Shown here in pieces: positions 43,988 through 52,723 of a stretch of 64,000 bases of DNA. Both the position numbers and the translations under genes were made by a program. This DNA is from Candidatus Cloacimonadales bacterium (GTDB lineage: Bacteria; Cloacimonadota; Cloacimonadia; Cloacimonadales; JAFGVF01), in the NCBI GenBank assembly GCA_963677815.1, contig OY782499.1:2789252-2853251 (forward strand), given 5' to 3'. The notes under the pieces were generated by a model. It was not told the DNA's origin and did no database searches. It was given only the letters and a program-made list of their open reading frames with translations. Position 1 is the first letter of the stretch. Every line of letters begins with the position of its first letter.

Positions 43988-46858
43988 ATGAAAAATTTAG
44001 GTCTAATCTTGATACCAATACTCTTGTTATTACCCTTCAGTATTTATTCCCAAGTCATTGTTTTAGTTGATAAAGCTGATAACAACAAACTCAACAAGCT
44101 AGAGAATCTCCAAGTAAATCTCTGTTTTGAGATGGATAATTATGTGGTAGTTTCACCTCAAGCTACGGCTGAGTTAGATAGAGCTAAAATACCATATCGG
44201 ATTCTTACTAGTGATAATAGTTCATCACCACTTTATATAATTTCAGCTAAACCTGGTATTAATGTCCAAAAGCAAGCCTATCTGGATAAAATAATCTTAG
44301 ATGATGACATCAGAATTGAAGCTTCTTATGATAGTAAAAGAAAATTACCTCCTCAAGCAGGAATTAAGTTCATTCCTGTAAGGGTCAGCCCCCAGCTTTA
44401 CCAAAATAAGATTCTGACATTCAAGCAAGCAGCTAATATAAATCGTGATTTCGATGAAGCTATAGCAGCTGTTAATGCAGATTCAGTAGCTTATTTCATC
44501 CAAAAGCTAGAAGATTATGAAACACGATTTGCTCTTTTAGACAATAGAAGAGAGATTTCAGAATGGATTGCTAGTCAATTTACTCGTTTTGGTTATAACG
44601 ATGTTGCTATTGATTCCTTTTATGTAGAACAATACAATACTTGGCAATACAATGTCGTATGTACAGAAGAAGGAAGTCAATACCCAGATCAATATCTTGT
44701 AGTTGGAGGGCATCACGATTCAATAATCACTCCTAACATAAATGCTGCCTATACTTACGCACCTGGAGCAGATGATAATGCAAGTGGAAGTGCTGCTGTT
44801 TTAGAAACTGCCAGAGTAATGAAACTTCATAATATTGAACCAAAATCTAGCATTAGATTTATGACTTATGCCATGGAGGAATTTGGTCTTTATGGCTCTC
44901 ATTACGATGCTGAAAATCAAGCAGCTAATAATACCAATATAATTGCCATGTTAAATAGTGATATGATTTCAAACTGTCAGACTGATGATTTTGCTTTTAC
45001 CATGATAACATATCCCGGAACCCAAGCTTTAACAGACATCATTTCTGAAAATTCTGCTGATTTAGAAATGACTACTTACCTTATCGACAGTGCTTCTTCA
45101 GGGTCAGACTCTTGGGCCTATCATTCAAATGGTTTCCCTGCTGTTTTCTTTGCTGAAGAGAATTTTTCTCCTTTCTACCATTCAGCTTATGATATTTCTG
45201 AGAATACTAATCCAGAATATGCTGCCCAATTTATCAAACTAATAGCCTTATCAACCTTCGACATTGCCAATCTTCCCAGTTCTCCTCAAAACTTTCTTAT
45301 CCAAGATAGTGGAGATGGAACAAGTGTTGTAACTTCATGGGATCCTTTAACAGTAGAAGGTGTTAGCTATTTCTTAGAAGTAAAGGATTTGATTACTTCA
45401 AATGTGTTAGAGTTTTCAACAGCTAATACTAGCTTAACTATTTCTAATTTAACAGATAATAATCCTTATCAAATTACCCTATATTCACAAGTGGATGGAG
45501 ATTTAAGTTTTGGTGTGAGCAAGTACATTACCCCACAATCATTACCAAACATAGTTGAAGAATTTACTTATCAAGCAGATCTTTTTCAAATAAACTTTTC
45601 TTGGGCTGCCAATTCAGAACTTGATTTAGCTGGATATAATCTTTATAGAAAACTAGCTGACCAATCTGATTTTAACCTCCTAGCTAGTCTCGATAGTCAG
45701 ACTTTGACATATATTGATAACACTACCGAATCAGGACTTTGGTATAACTATCAGATTCTTGCCCGGGATAATGCTGGTAATGAAAGCCCTTATTCCCATT
45801 CCATAACAGCTAGACATTTAAGTTTTGATTCGGGAATCGCTATTTTTGATTATACTTCTTTTTCTGATAACAATCTTCTTTTCCCAAGTCAAAATTCTGT
45901 TCAAGAATTCTATGAAAATGCTTTAGAGAATTATGATTATGACCTAATCTATCCTGAGCAGTCTCAAGCTATAAAGATTGATGACCTAGGCATTTATTCA
46001 ACAGTAATTATTTTTAAAAATTCTTTTTCTGCTGTAAGTAATCAGTATCTAGCTCCTGTCTTAGAAGAATATGTGAACTATGGCGGAAATCTTCTTCTCT
46101 CAGCTGCAGACCCTTTAAAATTTTTACGTCTGAATAATGATATCTATCCTTCAAGTTTTACTGAAGATGACCTTCCTTACCAGCTATTTGGATTAAGTCA
46201 GACTAACTCAAACTCTACAGCTAGGTTTGCTAGAGGGCAAGCAATAGCCTGGGATATGCCAGACTTAGAAGTTGACCCTGACAAGATTTACCCAACTTTT
46301 AATAATCGTTTATTTAATATTGAGGCTATGACTGCCAATAACCAGAGCCAAGTAACAGGACTTTTCACATATCAATCAGATTCATCTAATGAACTTGAAA
46401 ACGAGTTTGATAATTATCTTGTTGCTATTAGTAAGTCTCATGCAAACTCTGAAGTAATCATAACTTCTATCCCTCTTTATTTCATTCAAGCTGACTTAGC
46501 TAAAGATTTTATGGAAAATGCTCTAACTAGCTTCAATGAAAGTGTAGATAACGATAATCTTGATATGCCACAACTTCTTTCAAGTCTGGCGCTCAGAAAT
46601 TATCCTAATCCATTCAATCCTCAAACTAGTATTCAGTTCACCCTTCCTTCCTTAAGTAATGTTAATCTGAAAATATATAATGTAAAAGGACAATTAGTCT
46701 ATTCTCAAAGAAGAAACAATCTTCAAACAGGACAGCATACTATTACCTGGCATGGAAAAGATAACAATGATAAAGCTCTAGCTTCTGGCATTTACCTTTA
46801 TAAGCTTTCAACTGATACAGGTTTATCTCAAACAAGAAAAATGATACTTATGAAATAA
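43988..46858 (+). CDS. M28-family metallopeptidase with FN3-like region and T9SS-type C-terminal sorting domain
   Basis: GGHHDS and PGADDNASGSAAVLE (M28 Zn ligands). C-terminus is YPNPFNPQTSIQFTL...ASGIYLYKL. AAGGAG lies upstream of the ATG. Confidence 0.8.
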   Translation: MKNLGLILIPILLLLPFSIYSQVIVLVDKADNNKLNKLENLQVNLCFEMDNYVVVSPQATAELDRAKIPYRILTSDNSSSPLYIISAKPGINVQKQAYLDKIILDDDIRIEASYDSKRKLPPQAGIKFIPVRVSPQLYQNKILTFKQAANINRDFDEAIAAVNADSVAYFIQKLEDYETRFALLDNRREISEWIASQFTRFGYNDVAIDSFYVEQYNTWQYNVVCTEEGSQYPDQYLVVGGHHDSIITPNINAAYTYAPGADDNASGSAAVLETARVMKLHNIEPKSSIRFMTYAMEEFGLYGSHYDAENQAANNTNIIAMLNSDMISNCQTDDFAFTMITYPGTQALTDIISENSADLEMTTYLIDSASSGSDSWAYHSNGFPAVFFAEENFSPFYHSAYDISENTNPEYAAQFIKLIALSTFDIANLPSSPQNFLIQDSGDGTSVVTSWDPLTVEGVSYFLEVKDLITSNVLEFSTANTSLTISNLTDNNPYQITLYSQVDGDLSFGVSKYITPQSLPNIVEEFTYQADLFQINFSWAANSELDLAGYNLYRKLADQSDFNLLASLDSQTLTYIDNTTESGLWYNYQILARDNAGNESPYSHSITARHLSFDSGIAIFDYTSFSDNNLLFPSQNSVQEFYENALENYDYDLIYPEQSQAIKIDDLGIYSTVIIFKNSFSAVSNQYLAPVLEEYVNYGGNLLLSAADPLKFLRLNNDIYPSSFTEDDLPYQLFGLSQTNSNSTARFARGQAIAWDMPDLEVDPDKIYPTFNNRLFNIEAMTANNQSQVTGLFTYQSDSSNELENEFDNYLVAISKSHANSEVIITSIPLYFIQADLAKDFMENALTSFNESVDNDNLDMPQLLSSLALRNYPNPFNPQTSIQFTLPSLSNVNLKIYNVKGQLVYSQRRNNLQTGQHTITWHGKDNNDKALASGIYLYKLSTDTGLSQTRKMILMK

Positions 46859-46913
46859 GTTTATTATTTAACCAGATTGGTGAACTGTATTTTAGGGGAT
46901 ATTGCAGATTATT

Positions 46914-47190
46914 TTAGCAAAATCCCCTTTCAGCTCTATAACTGGGAACGCGGGCATCCCTGCCCGCACAGGCAGTTCAACTGACTGTATATCTTCAAAA
47001 TCCCCTTCACAAGGGATTTAACAGCTAACTGGGAAAACGGGCATCTTGCCCGTACTGGGAACGCTCTAAATGACACCTGCGTAACCGCGGGCTGGAATCC
47101 CGCGTTCCCAGTTAGATTAATCCCCTTTCAGCAGCACCCCATCTTTGAGGGGGACACAACAGGGGGTGATTCCATAAACTACGCATATAA
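46914..47190. repeat. mosaic of repeat modules forming the left flank of the accessory segment
   Basis: AATCCCCTTTCAGC; TAACTGGGAA-hairpins GCGGGCA-tccc-TGCCCGC and ACGGGC-atctt-GCCCGT. A 66-nt module (47063-47130) is the inverted copy of 52724-52789. A partial TIR-element core lies at 47128-47190. Confidence 0.85.
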
Positions 47191-47208
47191 CTGGAAAAAT
47201 GGATTAGC

Positions 47209-49647
47209 TTAATTTTGATCCAGAAACTTCTTTCTTTCAATATATCCTTGACGTCTATAATTTATGATATCTTTAACAAATGCAAGGACCTGCTTATTGC
47301 ATTTTCTTAAAACTACTAGATCCTCTGGATCAAACCTTAATGAGAAGATAGCACTTTCTGCATCATACATGAAAATTGATGAATCTCTTTTTGTTAGATA
47401 ATGGATTGGATTCTTTTCAGCAAGTTGTTTCCATTCCTTCTCAGTCCATTCTTTAAAATTTGAATTACTTTCATCAGTTAAATCCTTAGCATTTATTGAA
47501 GAATTATAGAATGTCTTAAAGCTAGCAACAATGTTAGTAATATGTGTTTCATTATGTAATTGATTATCATAAACTAGAGCTAGGATAGTAGGTATTTTAT
47601 ATAGTTTTGTCATTGAAGTTTTTTCTACTTCGCTTAGAAAAGATGCTATTTTAGATTTTTTGATAATCTTAAATGTAGCATTTTCTGGGTACAATGATAT
47701 AAGAAAATCTAACCATGAACCGAACGTTTTTAGATAAATCCTGCCTGGTAGGTCAGATGCTGCATTAAATTCACTTAAAGAATATTTATCATCTAAGTTA
47801 TCTTTAATATCAAGATAATTTTCAATAAGTCTTTGTTTAAGAGGTAATTTTTTATTTCTTAGAACTTCAAAAAGGTGGATAAGTTTAAGCTCAATATCTA
47901 GAATACAGGAAACTGGAAGTTGTTCTCTAGTTTGCTCCCAGGACAAACTAGTTTTCTTTTTGATATCTCTGGGGGTAAGACCTGCTAAATAAGATAATTT
48001 AAAATGACTATTCTTATAATTGCCTACAAAATCTAAAATAATTAGTTTATCTTTGTTATTACTAGTTCTTAAACCTCTACCTAACTGTTGAATAAAAATG
48101 GTAAAAGATTCTGTGGGTCGTAAAAACATAACAGTATCAATATGAGGTATATCAACACCTTCATTAAATATATCTACTACACATAAAACTGATATTTTAC
48201 CTTGAGAAAAGTCTTCAATAATGTTCGTACGCGAGTTTATTCCTGAATGAAGAGCAACTGCGTTAATATTGTTTTTTTGGAACTGATTTGCAGTATAGTC
48301 AGCATGTTTAACAGAGCAACAGAAAGCAAGAGTGCTTTTCCTAGCCTTCTCACGATAATTTTTTATTATATTATTTGCTCTTTGGTCAACCATATAGACG
48401 TTTTCTAATTCATTGATATCATATCGACCAGATCGCCAAGGTATTTTTTCATAATCAATATCATCATAGATACCATAATATGTAAAGGGTACAAGCCAGC
48501 CATTATTAATAGCTGTTTTGAAATTACATTGAAAGGCTATGTTATAATCACAATATTGATAAATATCTTTGTTGTCAAGTCTGTTTGGAGTTGCTGTTAG
48601 ACCTAATAAGAATTTAGGAGTGAAATAGTCTAAAAAAGAAAGATAGCTATTAGCAGCAGAATGATGAAATTCATCAACGATAATATAATCGAAATAATCA
48701 GATGAAAAATAATCATCATTAAGATATATGTTTTTACCGATAGTAGAAATTGAGGCAAATATTATATCTTTATCAGTTTCTTTTATATCAGCATTAAAGT
48801 CTCCAAAACTAGCTTTTGTCCTGATTTTTTTAAAGGTTTCTTTAGCTTGAATTAATATTTCTTGTCTGTGGGCAACAAACAGTACTCGTTTAAATTTTTT
48901 TGAATCAAAGGCTGAGAGGAAAGTTTTGCCAAGTCCAGTAGCCATAACTATAAGTGCTTTATTGAAACCTTCTTTCCTTGTTCTTTCTAATTCATAAAGA
49001 GCAGGAATTTGGCATTTGATTGGTTTGTATTTTGAACTAGTAAGTGGTTGGGGATTTGGATTACTGTCATCAGTTTCAGGTTTAAAATAATGTGAAGGAT
49101 CAAAATCCGGTTTAAAATGTTCAGATGTTATAGGTTTGTATTCCATAAAATATTTTTGAAGCCATTCATCACTGGGATTAAAACTATAATTTTCTACTAT
49201 ATCATCATACTGACTTAGAAATTCTTTTATTGCATTTTTTTCATCGAAAAGTATATTCCATTCTAGGCCAGTTGTAAGAGCTATTTGAGAAATATTTGAA
49301 GATCCAATAACCATCTCTTCACTATCTTCCATGAACTTAAAATAATATCCTTTTATGTGGAATGAAGTTTTAAACTTATTATGATCAAAGATAGAAAGAG
49401 AAAAATTGTCATTATTTAGTGATTTAAGCTTATAAAGAGCTACAGGCTCTGTAACATTAAGATAAGTGCTTGTTAGAATGCTTACTTTAGCATTATTAGT
49501 CAAAGCACGCTTGAGATAACTAAATAATAAGTCAACTCCTGAGCTTTTAATAAAGGAAACACAGAAAATGATTTCTTTTGCAGATGCTAGCTTATCTTCA
49601 AGAATATCTTTAAGTGAGGATTGCTTGGAATTGGTGATAGCTTTCAT
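47209..49647 (-). CDS. PLD-like (HKD) nuclease domain + SF2 (ResIII/DEAD-like) helicase + C-terminal DUF3427-like extension
   Basis: N-terminus has FHIKGYYF...VIGSSNIS (HKD-like). Helicase motifs are I MATGLGKT, II IVDEFHH, III GLTATP and VI QQLGRGLR. A roughly 230-aa C-terminal region follows, in the position DUF3427 occupies in this architecture as I recall it. Confidence 0.8.
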   Translation of the reverse strand: MKAITNSKQSSLKDILEDKLASAKEIIFCVSFIKSSGVDLLFSYLKRALTNNAKVSILTSTYLNVTEPVALYKLKSLNNDNFSLSIFDHNKFKTSFHIKGYYFKFMEDSEEMVIGSSNISQIALTTGLEWNILFDEKNAIKEFLSQYDDIVENYSFNPSDEWLQKYFMEYKPITSEHFKPDFDPSHYFKPETDDSNPNPQPLTSSKYKPIKCQIPALYELERTRKEGFNKALIVMATGLGKTFLSAFDSKKFKRVLFVAHRQEILIQAKETFKKIRTKASFGDFNADIKETDKDIIFASISTIGKNIYLNDDYFSSDYFDYIIVDEFHHSAANSYLSFLDYFTPKFLLGLTATPNRLDNKDIYQYCDYNIAFQCNFKTAINNGWLVPFTYYGIYDDIDYEKIPWRSGRYDINELENVYMVDQRANNIIKNYREKARKSTLAFCCSVKHADYTANQFQKNNINAVALHSGINSRTNIIEDFSQGKISVLCVVDIFNEGVDIPHIDTVMFLRPTESFTIFIQQLGRGLRTSNNKDKLIILDFVGNYKNSHFKLSYLAGLTPRDIKKKTSLSWEQTREQLPVSCILDIELKLIHLFEVLRNKKLPLKQRLIENYLDIKDNLDDKYSLSEFNAASDLPGRIYLKTFGSWLDFLISLYPENATFKIIKKSKIASFLSEVEKTSMTKLYKIPTILALVYDNQLHNETHITNIVASFKTFYNSSINAKDLTDESNSNFKEWTEKEWKQLAEKNPIHYLTKRDSSIFMYDAESAIFSLRFDPEDLVVLRKCNKQVLAFVKDIINYRRQGYIERKKFLDQN

Positions 49648-49648
49648 A

Positions 49649-50221
49649 TTATTTATTTAAAAGAACATTTAACCATTTTTCAGTCTCTCTACCAGGCCTT
49701 TTGTCTTGTGAAATAGTGTATTCAACTAAAGAAAAACCTATCTGCTGATAGTTGAGAGATTCGAACTTTTCCTGAGTATAATCACAAAAAAAACGTCCGT
49801 GACGAAATTCTTCTTTTTTGCCATACTTCAATGATAAAAAAAGATAACCACCATTCTTGAGAGATTGATAGATATTTTTCAGAGCATTAGGCATTTGACT
49901 TGATGGAATATGTAAAAGTGAAGCACAAGCCCAAGCTCCAATAAATCTATCTTGGTATTTAATATCAGCAATTTTTTCATTAGAGATTTTAAGCCCCAAA
50001 TAATTCTCAGCTAACTTAGCTAGTTCTTCAGCTGGTTCTAGTGGTAAGACTTTATATCCATGAGACATAAACACTTTAGAGTCTCTACCTGAACCACAGC
50101 CAATATCCAAAATTTCACCTTGAGAAGGTAAATAAGACATAAAGTAGTTTTGTAGTTTGCTCATATCGACGTTTAAAGTGGATTCAAAATATTCTTGTGC
50201 ATTTTTATTATAATAATTCAT
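49649..50221 (-). CDS. class I SAM-dependent methyltransferase (small-molecule/RNA-type, 190 aa)
   Basis: Motif I ILDIGCGSGRDS and a post-I acidic residue (LPLE). No DPPY/NPPY or PCQ DNA-MTase motifs seen. Its stop is 1 nt from the downstream helicase ATG. Confidence 0.8.
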   Translation of the reverse strand: MNYYNKNAQEYFESTLNVDMSKLQNYFMSYLPSQGEILDIGCGSGRDSKVFMSHGYKVLPLEPAEELAKLAENYLGLKISNEKIADIKYQDRFIGAWACASLLHIPSSQMPNALKNIYQSLKNGGYLFLSLKYGKKEEFRHGRFFCDYTQEKFESLNYQQIGFSLVEYTISQDKRPGRETEKWLNVLLNK

Positions 50222-50518
50222 ATTTTACTCCATAAGCTATTATAGTCTTATAATAATTTTGGATTCAGGTGTCAATGATTATTTCTTCTGAAAAGAATAA
50301 ATATTTTGAAGACTATTCAACCATCAAGCTACCTTCCCCAGCAGCATATTCTTTAAGAAGTCTATAATGTTGCCCATCATTTGTTATTTTTACTTTGTTA
50401 AATAAGTTTAGCTAATAGCATTTACTCTAGGTTAGGATTGCTGAAAAACAAATCTTCTTTCAAGATGTAGTTAAACTTTTCTTAAAATCCCTGAGGATTT
50501 AAGAGGCTTATTCCATTT

Positions 50519-50613
50519 GAGCTGAAAGGGGATTAATACTCTCCCCGGTCTAATCGATCACCCCTCTCAAGCGCCCCAAGGAGCTGAAAGGGGATTAATA
50601 CTCTCTCCCGTCT
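50519..50613 (+). repeat. about 1.5 copies of the 63-bp module (variant GGGGATTAATACTCTCCCCGGTCTAATCGATCACCCCTCTCAAGCGCCCCAAG)
   Basis: GAGCTGAAAGG occurs at 50519 and 50581. Confidence 0.85.
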
Positions 50614-50698
50614 TTAAGAGTGTTGGAAGTCGCTACTGCATGCATGAGAATGGTAAAGTTCATTGATTACCTACTATATCCGAATAGTTATTCCTTTC

Positions 50699-50756
50699 CT
50701 TGATTGTTACTCTCTCAATAAAAATTCCATGATTAAATGAGTAAGTAACAATCAAG
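50699..50756. repeat. long-stem hairpin H, copy 3
   Basis: CTTGATTGTTACTC...GAGTAA(gtaa)CAATCAAG, 120 bp upstream of the 50876 ORF. Confidence 0.8.
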
Positions 50757-50875
50757 AAATTTACTAAAATAAAAATATTTTTTTTTCTAGAAGTGCACCA
50801 ATTTCAGGAAAATGGACCCTATAGTATTGTGTAAGGCTTGCAAGCAAAACAAAAAAATTAAAAAGAGGTAAAAAA

Positions 50876-51340
50876 ATGAAAGTAAAATTTAAGTATGGAA
50901 TCAAGAGTTATTCAGGCACATTAGATGATATGGTATTTGCAAATTTTGAAGACAGAAATGTTGTGATTGGAAGAATGTTACCGGCAGATAGAGAAGCTAC
51001 TCCGCAGAATGAGATAATTGCTAGTAATTCTAGAATCATTAGTACATTTTATAAATCTTTGTCAGCAGCATACAAACAAGATTTAACAGAATACGCTAAG
51101 AAGATGTTTAATTTGAAAGCCTATTCCAATCGCGTGGCTGGTTCTGGTTATTCAGTATTCAATAAGATAATTTGGGCAGCTAATGATGATACAGGAAATC
51201 CATTAGATATATCATCTCTTTCAGCTGACGATATTGTTGCTGGCACTTATCCTCAGATTGATACAATCAAGGCTGCAGTAGAAAATGGATATATACCTAT
51301 GGTAGGAGGTTATGAAGAATTTAATAATCCTCTAGTATAA
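50876..51340 (+). CDS. hypothetical protein (154 aa)
   Basis: ATG preceded by AAGAGG; followed by a hairpin and T-tract terminator. No recognisable motif. Confidence 0.5.
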   Translation: MKVKFKYGIKSYSGTLDDMVFANFEDRNVVIGRMLPADREATPQNEIIASNSRIISTFYKSLSAAYKQDLTEYAKKMFNLKAYSNRVAGSGYSVFNKIIWAANDDTGNPLDISSLSADDIVAGTYPQIDTIKAAVENGYIPMVGGYEEFNNPLV

Positions 51341-51355
51341 ACTAGAAAAGATTTC

Positions 51356-51392
51356 TCTTCCAGGAGTTGAAAAGACTTCTGGAAGATTTTTA
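51356..51392 (+). terminator. intrinsic terminator downstream of ORF 50876-51340
   Basis: TCTTCCAG-15 nt-CTGGAAGA followed by TTTTTA. Confidence 0.6.
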
Positions 51393-51516
51393 TTACAATA
51401 CAATCTGTTATTAGCTGTATGAATGATAAATTATTGATTTATAATAATATAAATATTAGTCATCTTTAGAGAGTCTCAAAAAAACTATTATTTTTTCTCT
51501 TTAAGTAATTTTTTTA

Positions 51517-51545
51517 TTGACAAAATAACTGTATTTATTTATTAT
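51517..51545 (+). promoter_or_regulatory. near-consensus sigma-70-type promoter with no ORF downstream for about 550 bp
   Basis: TTGACA (51517-51522), a 17-nt spacer, then TATTAT (51540-51545). Confidence 0.35.
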
Positions 51546-51857
51546 GTTTTCATTATTAATTAACTAGATGGAGGCGTTTGGAATTTAATAAGAGTAAATA
51601 ATCAAAGATGAGTGGTTTCTACAAGGAGTTAATGGGTATTTTGGGATAATAGGTATGATTTATAAATATGTAAACACAATTTCGTATTCAGTCAGGTTAA
51701 ATTAACTATCATTCAATATTAAATAATTTCAATATTATTATTATTATATTTGATAAAGCTTAAGCGTTTTATTCTATTATAATATGTGATTATACTTCCC
51801 AAAGTATTTAAAAATAAATATACGATATTTCATCAGGGATTGGGGAGTAGAAAATAT

Positions 51858-52081
51858 TTAACCCAGATAGTGAAGAAGAACTTTATTAATACTTGGCTAA
51901 AGCTACGTATCACAGGTGAAGAATGCAGATTATTCTAGCAAAATCCCCTTCTTTGTGGGGGATACAGGGGGTGACTCCATCAACTACGCATATAATATAT
52001 ATATTCGGAGAAATTATGGAAGTTACTTTTGCAGAATAATATAGTGCTATTCACAAAGGTCTTGTGCATTATTTGGTTTAA
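51858..52081 (+). mobile_element. TIR element (MITE-like) copy B
   Basis: TTAA-CCCAGATAGTGAAGAAGAACTTTATTAATAC...core AATCCCCTTCTTTGTGGGGGATACAGGGGGTGACTCC...CACAAAGGTCTTGTGCATTATTTGG-T-TTAA. Confidence 0.75.
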
Positions 52082-52103
52082 GCATAGTTTTACAGGAGTA
52101 TAT

Positions 52104-52718
52104 ATGCAAATAGAAATGCAATACAATCATAAACAAGATTCTCTCATTATTAAATCAGCAGGTCTCAAGGATGTAGTTTTGAAGTCAAGTGTAGGGGCAA
52201 AATCATTATATCATTTAATTAATAATCCAAACAGATCATTTTCTCCGATATTATTAAGGAATATTACTAAAGAAGAGGTTAACTTATCAAATATGATTAA
52301 AGAAAAATTTGAGATTACAAGTAGAGAAGATCAATTATTATATCAATCAATACATCAGTATATACCTGCATCAGATATGAAGACTATAATAGAATGTAGA
52401 AAAAGGTTAAAGGTTATTTTAGAAGAATTGAGGGAAGCAGACTTCAATAACGATATTGGCAGAAGCGAAACACTTGTTGAAGAGAAAGAATTTATTGAAA
52501 AATATATTCATGATTCTGTTAGTGCTAATGGCTCTTTTAGAAACCTAAATAATTCTAAGAGAAATGCAACCAAAGCTCTTCAAAGAAATATTAGAAATGT
52601 TTTGAATGAAATAGATGAACAATCTCCAGAAATATATAAGTTTATTACAAAAAGATTGATAGTATCAACAAATCAGATAAAATATTACCCTGATAATGAT
52701 TATACTAGTGTAGATTAA
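52104..52718 (+). CDS. hypothetical protein (204 aa), possibly regulatory
   Basis: ATG at 52104 is preceded by AGGAG (52094-52098). The ORF-track start at 52029 is a TTG inside repeat element B. Helical, K/E/N-rich. Confidence 0.5.
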   Translation: MQIEMQYNHKQDSLIIKSAGLKDVVLKSSVGAKSLYHLINNPNRSFSPILLRNITKEEVNLSNMIKEKFEITSREDQLLYQSIHQYIPASDMKTIIECRKRLKVILEELREADFNNDIGRSETLVEEKEFIEKYIHDSVSANGSFRNLNNSKRNATKALQRNIRNVLNEIDEQSPEIYKFITKRLIVSTNQIKYYPDNDYTSVD

Positions 52719-52723
52719 ACCAT

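Noticed and set aside
47095-47120. Integron attC-like core (GTTAGAT / GTTAGAG after CCCA, resembling GTTRRRY)
   Set aside because: Only some copies fit GTTRRRY (others read GTTATTG or GTTATAT). There is no complementary RYYYAAC partner at cassette spacing, no intI, and no cassette-like ORF organisation.
50300-50400. Minus-strand reading frame ...LFNKVKITNDGQHYRLLKEYAAGEGSLMVE* that looks protein-like, possibly a gene remnant upstream of the MTase
   Set aside because: Only about 31 codons are open, bounded by a stop upstream, with no start codon and no recognisable motif. It cannot be distinguished from chance without a blastx search.
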